From contig JBGVFH010000071.1 in NCBI GenBank assembly GCA_045120955.1, forward strand, positions 23,631 through 87,630: DNA of 64,000 bases. Direction: 5' to 3'. Made by a program: the position numbers and the translations under genes. Under the pieces are notes generated by a model. It had not been told where the DNA came from. It saw only the letters and a program-made list of their open reading frames with translations, and did not search any database. Of this stretch, positions 47,434-56,442 are shown one piece after another (position 1 is the first letter of the stretch; every line of letters begins with the position of its first letter). The DNA comes from Eubacteriales bacterium. Its GTDB lineage: Bacteria > Bacillota > Clostridia > Oscillospirales > CAG-272.

Positions 47434-48747
47434 TCAGTGAGTTTTGTTATACTCGCTTGCCCATCCTGAGATAAATGCATTTTTCACGTCATCCCAAGTG
47501 CCCGTACCCTCAGCATAAGCGGTAAGTGCGCCGCCTACACCGTTTTTCCATGTGTCAGAGGGAATGGTGGAAAAGTACCATGCCACAGGAGTTTTGCCGC
47601 TGTCAATATAGGCGTTTGCATCCTTTACAAGGACGTTTGATGACTCTTTTGCCGCTTTAAACGGAGATACAAATCCCATCTCCTCGGCGAGTGCCGCAGT
47701 ACCCTCGTCGCTTGTCACCACCCAATAAAGGAAGTCGAGCGTAGCCTTTATATCCGTCTCTGACGCATCCTTGTTTACGCACCAATAGTTCTCTGAGCCC
47801 GTGCACAGTGCTTGATTTTCCTCCCCTTCAACTCCTATATATATAGGGATAATTCCTATCTCGTCCGTGTCGAGCTTGCCCTCGCCTGTAATATCATTTA
47901 CAGCCCAAGTTCCGTTTTGATAAAATACCGCTTTCCCGCTTGAAAATTCAGCCACGGCATCATCTCCCGTTTTAGTAGCTATCTGATTTTTGTTGCAGGT
48001 CGCATTGTTTATATAAAGATCCCATATAGCTCTGTAATTGTCAAGGTACTTTCCCTTAATGGCAGGGCTAGAGATGATGTTTTCATCCTTGTATTCGTAG
48101 TATATCGGTACATTTGCGAGATGAGTCTTAAAGCGCCAGTCGGAGGAGCCGTCCATTCCGGCGGATGTGAACGCTCCGTCTACACCAAGCTCCGTCTTGT
48201 GAGCCTGTATCTGTTCTGCGACGGTCTTTAGCTTTTCAAAGTTATTTATATCCTCGACGTTTTTTACGGTTGAGTAATCAGCCGAGAAATATTTGTTTAG
48301 AACGGTTTTGTTGTATATAAGTCCGTATGACTCGACTACGTATGCAATACCGAGCACCTGATCGTCTTCCTTGAGCGCAAACTCATCACTTGTCAGCTCT
48401 GAGTAAAGTGCGGATGATGAAAGATCATAACAATAGTCCTTCCAGTTTGACAGCCCTACAGGACCGTTGACCTGAAACAGCGTAGGAGCGTTCGTCTTTG
48501 TAATCTCAGATGTGAGAGTCGCCTCGTATTCGCCCGAAGCGGCTGTCAGTACCGTGACAGCTACTCCCGTTTTGTCCGTGTATGTCTTTGCGAGCTTTTG
48601 CCATGCATTATTTTGCTCGGGCTTGAAGTTCAGATAGTATACTTTTCCATCACCTGCATTTTGGCTTGAATTAAAGCATGATGAAAGAACAGATGCCGGC
48701 ATGATTATCATTAAAGCGGCAAGAAATGCATAAATAATTTTTTTCAT
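47434..48747 (-). CDS. ABC transporter sugar-binding lipoprotein (solute-binding family 1)
   Basis: 437 aa with the signal/lipobox ...ASVLSSC-F and a family-1 SBP pattern. First gene of the SBP-permease-permease(-malQ) string. Confidence 0.88.
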   Translation of the reverse strand: MKKIIYAFLAALMIIMPASVLSSCFNSSQNAGDGKVYYLNFKPEQNNAWQKLAKTYTDKTGVAVTVLTAASGEYEATLTSEITKTNAPTLFQVNGPVGLSNWKDYCYDLSSSALYSELTSDEFALKEDDQVLGIAYVVESYGLIYNKTVLNKYFSADYSTVKNVEDINNFEKLKTVAEQIQAHKTELGVDGAFTSAGMDGSSDWRFKTHLANVPIYYEYKDENIISSPAIKGKYLDNYRAIWDLYINNATCNKNQIATKTGDDAVAEFSSGKAVFYQNGTWAVNDITGEGKLDTDEIGIIPIYIGVEGEENQALCTGSENYWCVNKDASETDIKATLDFLYWVVTSDEGTAALAEEMGFVSPFKAAKESSNVLVKDANAYIDSGKTPVAWYFSTIPSDTWKNGVGGALTAYAEGTGTWDDVKNAFISGWASEYNKTH

Positions 48748-48836
48748 TTATCCTCCGTGTGCAGCTTGCAGTTTTTCTTTGTTTGAGCGTTTTTTCGTTA
48801 CGCTATTTATTATGTGCATTTTTTTGATATTTACTA

Positions 48837-48865
48837 TTGACAAGTAAAAAAATTAATAATATAAT
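48837..48865 (+). promoter_or_regulatory. sigma-A promoter of the metal-resistance operon
   Basis: TTGACA (48837-48842) - 17 nt - TATAAT (48860-48865). Confidence 0.6.
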
Positions 48866-48869
48866 ACAC

Positions 48870-48885
48870 ATGAACAATTATTCAT
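48870..48885. promoter_or_regulatory. candidate ArsR/SmtB-type operator
   Basis: Imperfect palindrome ATGAACAA|TTATTCAT (7 of 8 positions symmetric) immediately downstream of the -10 box. It resembles the TGAACA-type operators of CzrA/CadC regulators. Confidence 0.5.
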
Positions 48886-48907
48886 ATGTTTGAGTGAGGT
48901 GAAACGC

Positions 48908-49348
48908 ATGAGTGAAAAAACAAATGCCAATATCAAAAGCGGCCTTTGTGACAATGAAGACACATCAGAGCAAGATACGTCATTGTCTGCAGGCTTTCAG
49001 GGGGACGAATGCTGTGATTATATGCACGCACACAAGGTCATTATCGAGAGCATAAAGGAGCAGATGCCGAGCGAGGAGACATTGCTTGACCTGTCAGAAT
49101 TTTTTCGTGTGTTCGGAGATAGCACGAGAATAAAAATACTGTACGTTCTTTTTGAGAGCGAGATGTGTGTCTGCGATATTGCAAGGCTGGTGTCAATGAC
49201 TCAGTCCGCTATCTCCCATCAGCTAAAGATATTGAGGCAGATGCGGCTGATAAAGTCGAGACGGCAGGGAAAGACCGTGTTTTATTCGCTTGCGGATGAA
49301 CACGTCAGGAGCATAATATTCGGCGGTATGGAACATATATCAGAGTGA
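48908..49348 (+). CDS. ArsR/SmtB family metal-sensing transcriptional repressor
   Basis: HTH and metal site ...ESEMCVCDIARLVSMTQSAISHQLKILRQMRLI..., with a Cys-containing N-terminal arm (GDECCDYMHAH). Start at ATG 48908, with GAGGTG 7 nt upstream. Confidence 0.85.
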   Translation: MSEKTNANIKSGLCDNEDTSEQDTSLSAGFQGDECCDYMHAHKVIIESIKEQMPSEETLLDLSEFFRVFGDSTRIKILYVLFESEMCVCDIARLVSMTQSAISHQLKILRQMRLIKSRRQGKTVFYSLADEHVRSIIFGGMEHISE

Positions 49349-49364
49349 TTTTTGGAGGTACGAC

Positions 49365-49583
49365 ATGACAAAAACTTATAAAATTATAGGTGTTGACTGC
49401 GCAAACTGCGCCGCAAAAACAGAGGCGAGAATATTAAAGATAAAAGGAGTCAATGACTGCTCGATATCTTATATGACGCAAAAATTGTATCTTGAGGCTG
49501 ATGACGAGCGATTCGAAAGTGTGCTGCAAGAGGTATTGCGTGTTATAAAAAAGTATGAGCCGGACTACAAGGTGATACTCTGA
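49365..49583 (+). CDS. stand-alone heavy-metal-associated (HMA) domain protein
   Basis: 72 aa with a ferredoxin-like HMA fold and the metal motif GVDCANCA. Confidence 0.85.
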   Translation: MTKTYKIIGVDCANCAAKTEARILKIKGVNDCSISYMTQKLYLEADDERFESVLQEVLRVIKKYEPDYKVIL

Positions 49584-49596
49584 AAGAGGAAAATGT

Positions 49597-51474
49597 ATGG
49601 CTGAGATATATCGAGAAAACAAAAAAGAAATATTAAAGATAGCGGCAGGTACGCTGACGCTTATTTTGGCTTTTGCGTTAAATCTGCCGACAGACGGAGG
49701 CTTTGCGTGGGTATATTTTGTACCGTATATTATTTGCGGCTTTAACACTTTATACAAGATGGTACGAAACATTTTGCGTCTTGATTTTTTTGATGAGAAT
49801 TTTCTCATGGGCATAGCTACTATAGGTGCGCTGTGTACGGGCGAATATCCTGAGGCGGTGCTTGTAATGCTGCTTTACAAGGTAGGGGAGCTTTTTGAGA
49901 ATATCGCAGTTTCCAAAACCAGAAAAAGCGTGGCGGCTCTGAGCGAGATATGTCCGCAGAGTGCATGTGTTTACCGTGGTGAAAATTTGGTATGTGTGCC
50001 TGTAGAACAGATAGAAATATCCGACATTCTGGCTGTAAAGGCAGGGGAACTGATACCTGTTGACGGCGAGATATGTGAGGGTGTCACAACGCTTGATGCC
50101 TCAGCTCTTACGGGAGAGTCGCTTCCGCAGGAAAAGTCGGCAGGAGACAAGGTGTACTCGGGATGCATCAACATCAGCGCCTTTATCAAGGTGAGAGCGG
50201 AGAAAAAGGCAGCAGACAGCACCGCCGCAAAAATACTTGAAATAACAGAGAATGCGGCACGGAGAAAAGCGAAAACCGAAAAGTTCATTTCAAGGTTTGC
50301 ACGCATATATACGCCTGCCGTGGTTTTGGCAGCCGTTGCGCTTGCATTTATCGGACCGTGCTTTACGGGGGACTACGGTGCTAATTTTATACCGTGGCTG
50401 CACCGTGCGCTTATATTTCTTGTAGTGTCATGCCCGTGTGCCCTTGTAATAAGTGTGCCGCTCGGATTTTTTGCGGGTATAGGTGCTGCCTCAAAGCAGG
50501 GAATACTCATAAAAGGCTCGGGCTTTGTTGAGGCACTGTCAGAAGCGCACACGGCAGTCTTTGATAAAACGGGAACTCTCACAAACGGCAATTTTTCCGT
50601 CGTAGGAGTTACCTGTACGGCAGAAGTGAATGCTGATACGATTTTGCTCTATGCGGCATCGGTAGAAGCCGCCTCAAACCACCCTACGGCAAAGGCAATA
50701 GCAAAAAGCGTCGGCGATAAGCTTGCTTGCTCGGATATAAGCGAGACGGCGGGGGAAGGTATCACTGGCATTATAGACGGAAAACGCATCGCATGCGGAA
50801 ATCTCCGCCTTATGCAAAGAGAAGGCATTGATATAGGCGAGGATAATAGCGGCAATGATGCTTCAAGCGTCGTATATGTCGCATATGACGGCAAGTATTG
50901 GGGTCATATTGAGCTGTCCGACACACTAAAGCATGATGCCGCCGAAACGGTAGCGGCGCTCGGTGAGATAGGCATAGCAAGAACGGTAATGCTCACCGGA
51001 GATATGCAAAGCGTTGCGGCTCAAATATCCGAGAAAGTAGGGATAGATGAGTACATAGCATCTCTTTTGCCGCATCAAAAGCTTGAGCATATCGAGCAGA
51101 TGTGCGCACGACTTAAAAAAGGTCAAAGACTGATATATGCAGGCGACGGAATAAACGATGCGCCCTCGCTTTCACGTGCGGATATAGGAATAGCCATGGG
51201 TGGGCTTGGAAGCGATGCGGCGGTCGAGGCTGCTGACGTTGTACTCATGGACGACGATATTTCGAAGATCGCAAAGGCTGTCGATATATCAAAGAAGGCA
51301 ATGAGGACCGTGCGTTTCAATATTGCATTTTCTCTTGCTGTAAAGGCTGTCGTTATGTTGCTCGGTGTCGGGGGTGTTGCGGGAATGGGACTTGCGATAT
51401 TTGCGGATGTCGGTGTTTGCGTGATAGCAATAGTAAATTCGATGTCGTTGCTTTCGTATAAGACAAGGGTATAA
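49597..51474 (+). CDS. heavy-metal translocating P1B-type ATPase (Cd/Zn/Co type), lacking an N-terminal HMA domain
   Basis: 625 aa with TM CPC motif VSCPCALVISVP, phosphorylation site DKTGTLT, NHPTAKAI, GDGINDAP and a TM8 ADVG. Confidence 0.93.
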   Translation: MAEIYRENKKEILKIAAGTLTLILAFALNLPTDGGFAWVYFVPYIICGFNTLYKMVRNILRLDFFDENFLMGIATIGALCTGEYPEAVLVMLLYKVGELFENIAVSKTRKSVAALSEICPQSACVYRGENLVCVPVEQIEISDILAVKAGELIPVDGEICEGVTTLDASALTGESLPQEKSAGDKVYSGCINISAFIKVRAEKKAADSTAAKILEITENAARRKAKTEKFISRFARIYTPAVVLAAVALAFIGPCFTGDYGANFIPWLHRALIFLVVSCPCALVISVPLGFFAGIGAASKQGILIKGSGFVEALSEAHTAVFDKTGTLTNGNFSVVGVTCTAEVNADTILLYAASVEAASNHPTAKAIAKSVGDKLACSDISETAGEGITGIIDGKRIACGNLRLMQREGIDIGEDNSGNDASSVVYVAYDGKYWGHIELSDTLKHDAAETVAALGEIGIARTVMLTGDMQSVAAQISEKVGIDEYIASLLPHQKLEHIEQMCARLKKGQRLIYAGDGINDAPSLSRADIGIAMGGLGSDAAVEAADVVLMDDDISKIAKAVDISKKAMRTVRFNIAFSLAVKAVVMLLGVGGVAGMGLAIFADVGVCVIAIVNSMSLLSYKTRV

Positions 51475-51483
51475 AATGAAACA

Positions 51484-51526
51484 AAAAGGGTACGGAAAAT
51501 ACCGAATATTTTCCGTACCCTTTTTT
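51484..51526. terminator. bidirectional-type intrinsic terminator after the ATPase gene
   Basis: Arms GGGTACGGAAAATA / TATTTTCCGTACCC flanked by A5 and T6. Confidence 0.85.
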
Positions 51527-51657
51527 CAGCTTTTATGTGACAATAATTGAAACGAAATGCGTATTTAGATGCGTGTCTAACAGCAGATGACAAAAAACAA
51601 AGAGAAAAAACATCATCTGCCAAAGTATAGCAAAAGTTTTCCACAACGGTTGTGTGA

Positions 51658-51745
51658 AAAATGTGCAAAACTTGAAGCACTTTTCCGCATTGCAATGCGG
51701 TTTTGTTTTTTTGAGGAAAAAATTCGGGAAAGTTTTGCACATTTT
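51658..51745. other. nested inverted-repeat structure in the convergent spacer
   Basis: 16-bp perfect outer arms AAAATGTGCAAAACTT (51658-51673) / AAGTTTTGCACATTTT (51730-51745) enclose the self-complementary hairpin CCGCATTGCAATGCGG (51685-51700) plus TTTTGTTTTTTT. Confidence 0.5.
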
Positions 51746-51805
51746 CTGTCTCTCGATACCTGAGTGTCGTGTGCGATTTTATGTTAGAAAAATATAAAAG
51801 GAGAG

Positions 51806-53455
51806 CTACTGCACCTTGATGCTTTTTTCATCTACCGTATGAAGCTTAAACCAAAAATCTGAACCGTGACCTATTTTACTGCTGACACCGAAAGCGGCAT
51901 TGTGAGCATCAAGTATATCCTTTACAATAGACAGCCCGATTCCCATGCCTAACTCGGAGCGCTTGTGATAAGCGTCAGCACGATAGTATCTCTGCCATAT
52001 ATGCGGCAGCTTTTCGGCTTCTATTCCGTCACCCGTGTCGTATATATCTATTCTTACGACAGACTCGGCATTTGTTTGCGAGACAAACACCTGCTTGTCC
52101 TCGCCCGTGTAGTTTACCGCATTTCCTATGAGGTTGTAGAGCACCTGAGATATCTTTTCCTTGTCAGCAAAAACGAACGCATCCTCCTTGGCATCAAGCA
52201 TAAAGGTGTAGCCCTTACATTCGTTTAGCTTTTCAAAGCGTGCGACGGTTTCCCGCAAAAGCTCCGTTATGCAAAAGACCTGACAGTTGAGCACCCTTGC
52301 GTCCTTTTGCGCTTTTGAGACCTCGAGCAGATTATTTACAAGAGAGCTGAGCCTTTTAGTTTCGTCAATGATGACCTGTACGTTTTCGGAAGTGTTCTCT
52401 CCCGGAATATCACGCATGACCTCTGCATAGCCGTTGATCATGGTCAGAGGCGTGCGTAGATCATGCGAAATGTTTGAAATCAGCTCGTTTTGCAGTTTTT
52501 CAAGCTTTGAAAGCTCCGTGCAGGCATAAGAAAGCGTCTCTGACAGCTCGTCTATCTCCCTGCACCCGCCCCCTTCAAAGGCAACGTCGTATTTTCCTTT
52601 TGCAAGCTGTTTTGCGCTGTCGTTGATTTTTGATATCGGTTTTGATACCTTGTTAGAGAAGAGAAGGGCAACCGCAAGAGAAAATGCGATGCACAAAATG
52701 CTGATAATAAAGAGCTGTATTTTTATTGTTTCGCTCACCGTGTCAACAGGTGTGAGTGAGCAATCAAAAAGTATCAGATAATCGGTACCCGACTCCGAGC
52801 TTGTGATCCTCGAATATACCAGCCGCACGATGCTCGACTCAGCCTTTTGTTTTTTTTGAGTGAATTCGTCGGTCTCTCCGCTATGCGATCGGTCGCTGTT
52901 CGGAGAGGGAAAACCGTCGGGTATGCTCGAAAACGCTTCTGTGTCGGTCGGCAGCGTAGGCTTGTCTGTATTGCCGACCCCTTGATCTCCTACTGCGATA
53001 TCTGAAAAATCAAGGGTGTAGCTGTATGTTCCGCCGTTTGCCTTCGTTTTTTCATATATGTCGGATATCATATCCGAGCTGAAATGACCGATTATGCTGT
53101 TTGGGTGCTCGCTTGAAGCGGCAAGCTGTTCGGCTTTTGACGAGTAGACTATCACACTTATGTTTTCTTCAGATGCAATTCCGTCTGTATATGTTTGTAT
53201 CTCCTCTTCGCTCATGCCTACGTATCCGTCGGCGGCGCTTGAGAGACTGTTTATTGTAACGTGATAGTAAAACTCATCAAGAAAAATTATCTGAAATACC
53301 CACAAAAGAGAAATGGTGAAAATACAAAGAGCCGCAAGATAAGCAAAAATTTTAAATTTAAGCGAAAGCTTCTTCTTGTACTTGCTCGTTGTGACGGAGT
53401 TATTTTTGGGGGACTCGTTTTCTTTATTTTTTCGGCGCATCAAATCTGTATCCAA
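51806..53455 (-). CDS. sensor histidine kinase (two TM helices, HAMP, HisKA, HATPase_c)
   Basis: 549 aa with H-box SHDLRTPLT, N box NLIGNAVNYT, and G boxes DTGDGI and GMGIGLSIV. Confidence 0.9.
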   Translation of the reverse strand: MDTDLMRRKNKENESPKNNSVTTSKYKKKLSLKFKIFAYLAALCIFTISLLWVFQIIFLDEFYYHVTINSLSSAADGYVGMSEEEIQTYTDGIASEENISVIVYSSKAEQLAASSEHPNSIIGHFSSDMISDIYEKTKANGGTYSYTLDFSDIAVGDQGVGNTDKPTLPTDTEAFSSIPDGFPSPNSDRSHSGETDEFTQKKQKAESSIVRLVYSRITSSESGTDYLILFDCSLTPVDTVSETIKIQLFIISILCIAFSLAVALLFSNKVSKPISKINDSAKQLAKGKYDVAFEGGGCREIDELSETLSYACTELSKLEKLQNELISNISHDLRTPLTMINGYAEVMRDIPGENTSENVQVIIDETKRLSSLVNNLLEVSKAQKDARVLNCQVFCITELLRETVARFEKLNECKGYTFMLDAKEDAFVFADKEKISQVLYNLIGNAVNYTGEDKQVFVSQTNAESVVRIDIYDTGDGIEAEKLPHIWQRYYRADAYHKRSELGMGIGLSIVKDILDAHNAAFGVSSKIGHGSDFWFKLHTVDEKSIKVQ

Positions 53456-54119
53456 CTCCTCGCAAGGTTACTATAAATTTGCTGTATTCTCCAAGACTGT
53501 GGCGAAGCAGCTTTATATGAGTGTCAAGCGTTCTGTCTCCGCCGAAAAAATCATATCCCCAGACCTCGCATATCAGCTTTTCTCTTGTCAGAGCAATATT
53601 TCTGTTGCGGACAAGATAAAAAAGAAGCTCATATTCCTTCGGAGAGATGCTTATGGGTTCGCCGTTTATATATACTATTCTTGCGGTGAAGTCTATCTTC
53701 AGCCCCTCCGCCTCGTATGTTTCGTTTCCGCCTTGCTTTTCTTCTGCGTCCGTCCTTGCGTTTCTGCGTTTGAGTATGGCGTCTATTCTCAGCATCAGCT
53801 CTTTAGGAGAAAAGGGCTTTACTACATAGTCGTCTATCCCAAGCTCAAAGCCGTTTATTTTATCGTATTCCTCTCCCCTTGCCGAGAGCATGATTATCGG
53901 GACGTTGCTGTTTTTTCTTATCTCTCTGCAAGCGGAAAAGCCGTCAAGCTCGGGCATCATTATGTCCATAATGATGATGTCAAACTCATACTGACGGCAC
54001 ATTGCAAGTGCGGCAAGACCGTCTGCCGCCTCGTATATCTTATGTCCGTCAAATTCCGCATATTTCTTTATAAGTTCTCTTATTTTAACCTCATCGTCTA
54101 CAACAAGAATGTTATACAT
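53424..54119 (-). CDS. OmpR/PhoB family response regulator
   Basis: 231 aa with a receiver domain (VVDDE..., IIIMDIMMPELDG) and a winged-helix C-terminus (LRGVGYRF). It overlaps the kinase gene. Confidence 0.93.
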   Translation of the reverse strand: MYNILVVDDEVKIRELIKKYAEFDGHKIYEAADGLAALAMCRQYEFDIIIMDIMMPELDGFSACREIRKNSNVPIIMLSARGEEYDKINGFELGIDDYVVKPFSPKELMLRIDAILKRRNARTDAEEKQGGNETYEAEGLKIDFTARIVYINGEPISISPKEYELLFYLVRNRNIALTREKLICEVWGYDFFGGDRTLDTHIKLLRHSLGEYSKFIVTLRGVGYRFDAPKK

Positions 54120-54239
54120 TTACTGCCTCCCTTGCAATATAACACGGTGATAAATGCGCAAATCGGTGCGAAAAAACATGAGCTTTCCGCACCGCCTGCA
54201 CTATATTTAAAAAACTTTAACTGCTTTGCCTTTGCTGTG

Positions 54240-55793
54240 TCATGAAGCGGGCACGTACTCGTAGCAGGTGAGGGTGACTTCCGTATGATATTCACGTCCG
54301 TTTTCTGTTCTTGCAACGGTTGCTTTTATCGTGTCACCGACCTCATGCTCGGCAAGAATGCTCTTTATGTCCGACATTGTCGATACGGATATGCCGTCTA
54401 TAGATACAAATCTGTCATCCTTTTCAAGCTCGGTATTCTTGCCGGGATCGTCTACATAAACGCCGGCTTTTACCGTATAATACTTAAAGCCCTGTACATA
54501 TGTCATATCCTTGTCGTACGAATATACGGTAATGCCGAGGCTGACCTTGCCCTTTACATAGCCGTATTCGATAAGCTGAGAAGCAACATCAAATGCGTGG
54601 TTTATCGGAATAGCAAAGCCGAGTCCCTCAATGGTTGTCTCTGATGAGGAAGATGAGGATTTTGCATTTACAACACCGATAAGCTCCCCTGCCATGTTAA
54701 AGAGTCCTCCGCCGGAGTTTCCGGGATTTACGGCAGCGTTTGTCTGGAGAAGCACCATTTTCTGTCCGTCTATCGTTATCTCACGGTTGAGTGCGCTGAT
54801 TATTCCGTTTGTAACCGTTCCGCCGAGAGAACCGAGAGGATTTCCTATTGCGATGACATCTTCTCCGAGCTTAATTGCGTCGCTGTCACCGAGAGTAGCG
54901 GCACTCAATCCCGTTGCGTCTATTTTTATTACCGCAACGTCTGACTCTTCATCTGCACCGACTACGGTTGCCTGGTATTGCTGTTCATCTGTCGTGCGGA
55001 CATAAATAGTGTTTGCGCCGTTGACGACATGGTTGTTGGTGATGATATATCCGTTTTCGCTGATGATAACACCCGAGCCTGCACCGCTTGTAACGTATTG
55101 ACCGTAGAACTGTGACTCTTGAATGTTCTCTGTCACTATCTCAACTACCGAGTTTCTGACCGCAGCGATAACGTCCGTCATGGTGGTGTTTTGTGTGGTG
55201 GAGCCTTCGACCTTGTTTATGTTTACGGGAGCATTTACCTCATTGTCGGAGATATCGGCGGACGAGTCATCTGCTCCTTTGTCATTTGAACTGTCTGTAT
55301 CGGAATAGTCGGGGTCATTTATAAGGAAGCTGTACGCAAGATATGCACCTCCTATACCTGTAGCTCCTGCCAATATGATGCAGGAAAGTATGACAGCTGC
55401 GACCTTTAATGCGCCGCTCTTTTTCTTTGCCTTCTTTTTGGGTTGATTTTCAGCGTTGGCACCGTATGAGGGGTCGTTTGAAAATGTATAGCTCGCCTGT
55501 GCTCCGCCGTCATTTCCGCCTCTGAAATATGGGTTTGAGTACGGGGTGTTTTGATACTGTCCGTGAGAGCCGACGCCCATGCCGGACGGAGCGCTTGCCT
55601 GCGATGCTTGAGAGGTACCGGTGTTTGCTTGAGTGCTTTGTTGATCGTTACCTCTTTCGCATGCACTCTGCTCGCTTGTTATCGGTTCGTATACGTTATC
55701 TGTAAGGTTGCTGTTTTTTTGTGTGTTCTCGGCTATGTCCGAATTGTTGTTATCATTTTGATTGTTTGAGTTGTTTATGTTGTATTCCGCCAT
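54240..55793 (-). CDS. htrA: HtrA/DegP family serine protease with PDZ domain and a long low-complexity N-terminus
   Basis: 517 aa with the catalytic triad context TNNHV, D(V)AVIK and GNSGGGL, and a C-terminal PDZ domain. An Asn/Gln/Ser-rich segment of about 125 aa precedes the single TM anchor. Confidence 0.9.
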   Translation of the reverse strand: MAEYNINNSNNQNDNNNSDIAENTQKNSNLTDNVYEPITSEQSACERGNDQQSTQANTGTSQASQASAPSGMGVGSHGQYQNTPYSNPYFRGGNDGGAQASYTFSNDPSYGANAENQPKKKAKKKSGALKVAAVILSCIILAGATGIGGAYLAYSFLINDPDYSDTDSSNDKGADDSSADISDNEVNAPVNINKVEGSTTQNTTMTDVIAAVRNSVVEIVTENIQESQFYGQYVTSGAGSGVIISENGYIITNNHVVNGANTIYVRTTDEQQYQATVVGADEESDVAVIKIDATGLSAATLGDSDAIKLGEDVIAIGNPLGSLGGTVTNGIISALNREITIDGQKMVLLQTNAAVNPGNSGGGLFNMAGELIGVVNAKSSSSSSETTIEGLGFAIPINHAFDVASQLIEYGYVKGKVSLGITVYSYDKDMTYVQGFKYYTVKAGVYVDDPGKNTELEKDDRFVSIDGISVSTMSDIKSILAEHEVGDTIKATVARTENGREYHTEVTLTCYEYVPAS

Positions 55794-55968
55794 TTTATTG
55801 CTCCTCTCTACAAATTTTGACTTGTCGTCAAAATCAGCTTTTAGGCTTTCACTGTTATTAGTATATCCGTAAAATGTGACGGTTTTATGATTGTTGAAAA
55901 AATAATAGTTGAATAATGAACGAACAACTCATGCATTCACTGCACAGAGGCATATAAAGCGCCGACTC

Positions 55969-56385
55969 TTAATTTCTTTGGCTGTCAAGGTAGTTTTGCA
56001 GTATTATCTGAGCGCTGAGAGTGTCTATGACCTGCTTGCGTTTTTTGCTCTTTATGTCTGTGATGGAAAGCATCCTGTGCGCCTGCATGGTGGAGAGACG
56101 CTCATCATAAAGGATTATCTCGCTGTCGGTGTGCTCCTTCAATATCTCAACAAAAGCCCGCACCGTTTCCGCGCGCCATCCCTCGCTTCCGTCCATGTTT
56201 TTTGGCAATCCCACAACTATTTTTTCGCATTTGTTTTCTTTTGCAGCTTTTGCTACCTCTTCGGCGGTGCTTTTCATCCCTCCGGGAGAGATATAACCGA
56301 TGCCCGAAGCAAGAAAACCCGTTTCGTCCGAACGGGCAAGCCCTGTCCTTTTGTCTCCGTAGTCAACTCCGAGTATTTTTGGCAT
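55969..56385 (-). CDS. ruvX: Holliday junction resolvase-like RNase RuvX/YqgF
   Basis: 138 aa beginning ILGVDYGDKRTGLA, with YqgF fold and length. Confidence 0.9.
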   Translation of the reverse strand: MPKILGVDYGDKRTGLARSDETGFLASGIGYISPGGMKSTAEEVAKAAKENKCEKIVVGLPKNMDGSEGWRAETVRAFVEILKEHTDSEIILYDERLSTMQAHRMLSITDIKSKKRKQVIDTLSAQIILQNYLDSQRN

Positions 56386-56442
56386 ATTTCTTTATCCTTT
56401 ACATTATTTCTTCAGAAAAACTTTTTATTATTCATTCTTCAC

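Noticed and set aside
51123-51740. 205-aa minus-strand ORF overlapping the 3' end of the ATPase gene and the orphan spacer (also 51533-51742)
   Set aside because: It runs antisense through a confident P-type ATPase and across two terminators. The translation is not protein-like.
53376-54245. 289-aa plus-strand ORF antisense to the response regulator gene
   Set aside because: Shadow ORF of a confidently identified OmpR-family gene. The sequence is not protein-like.
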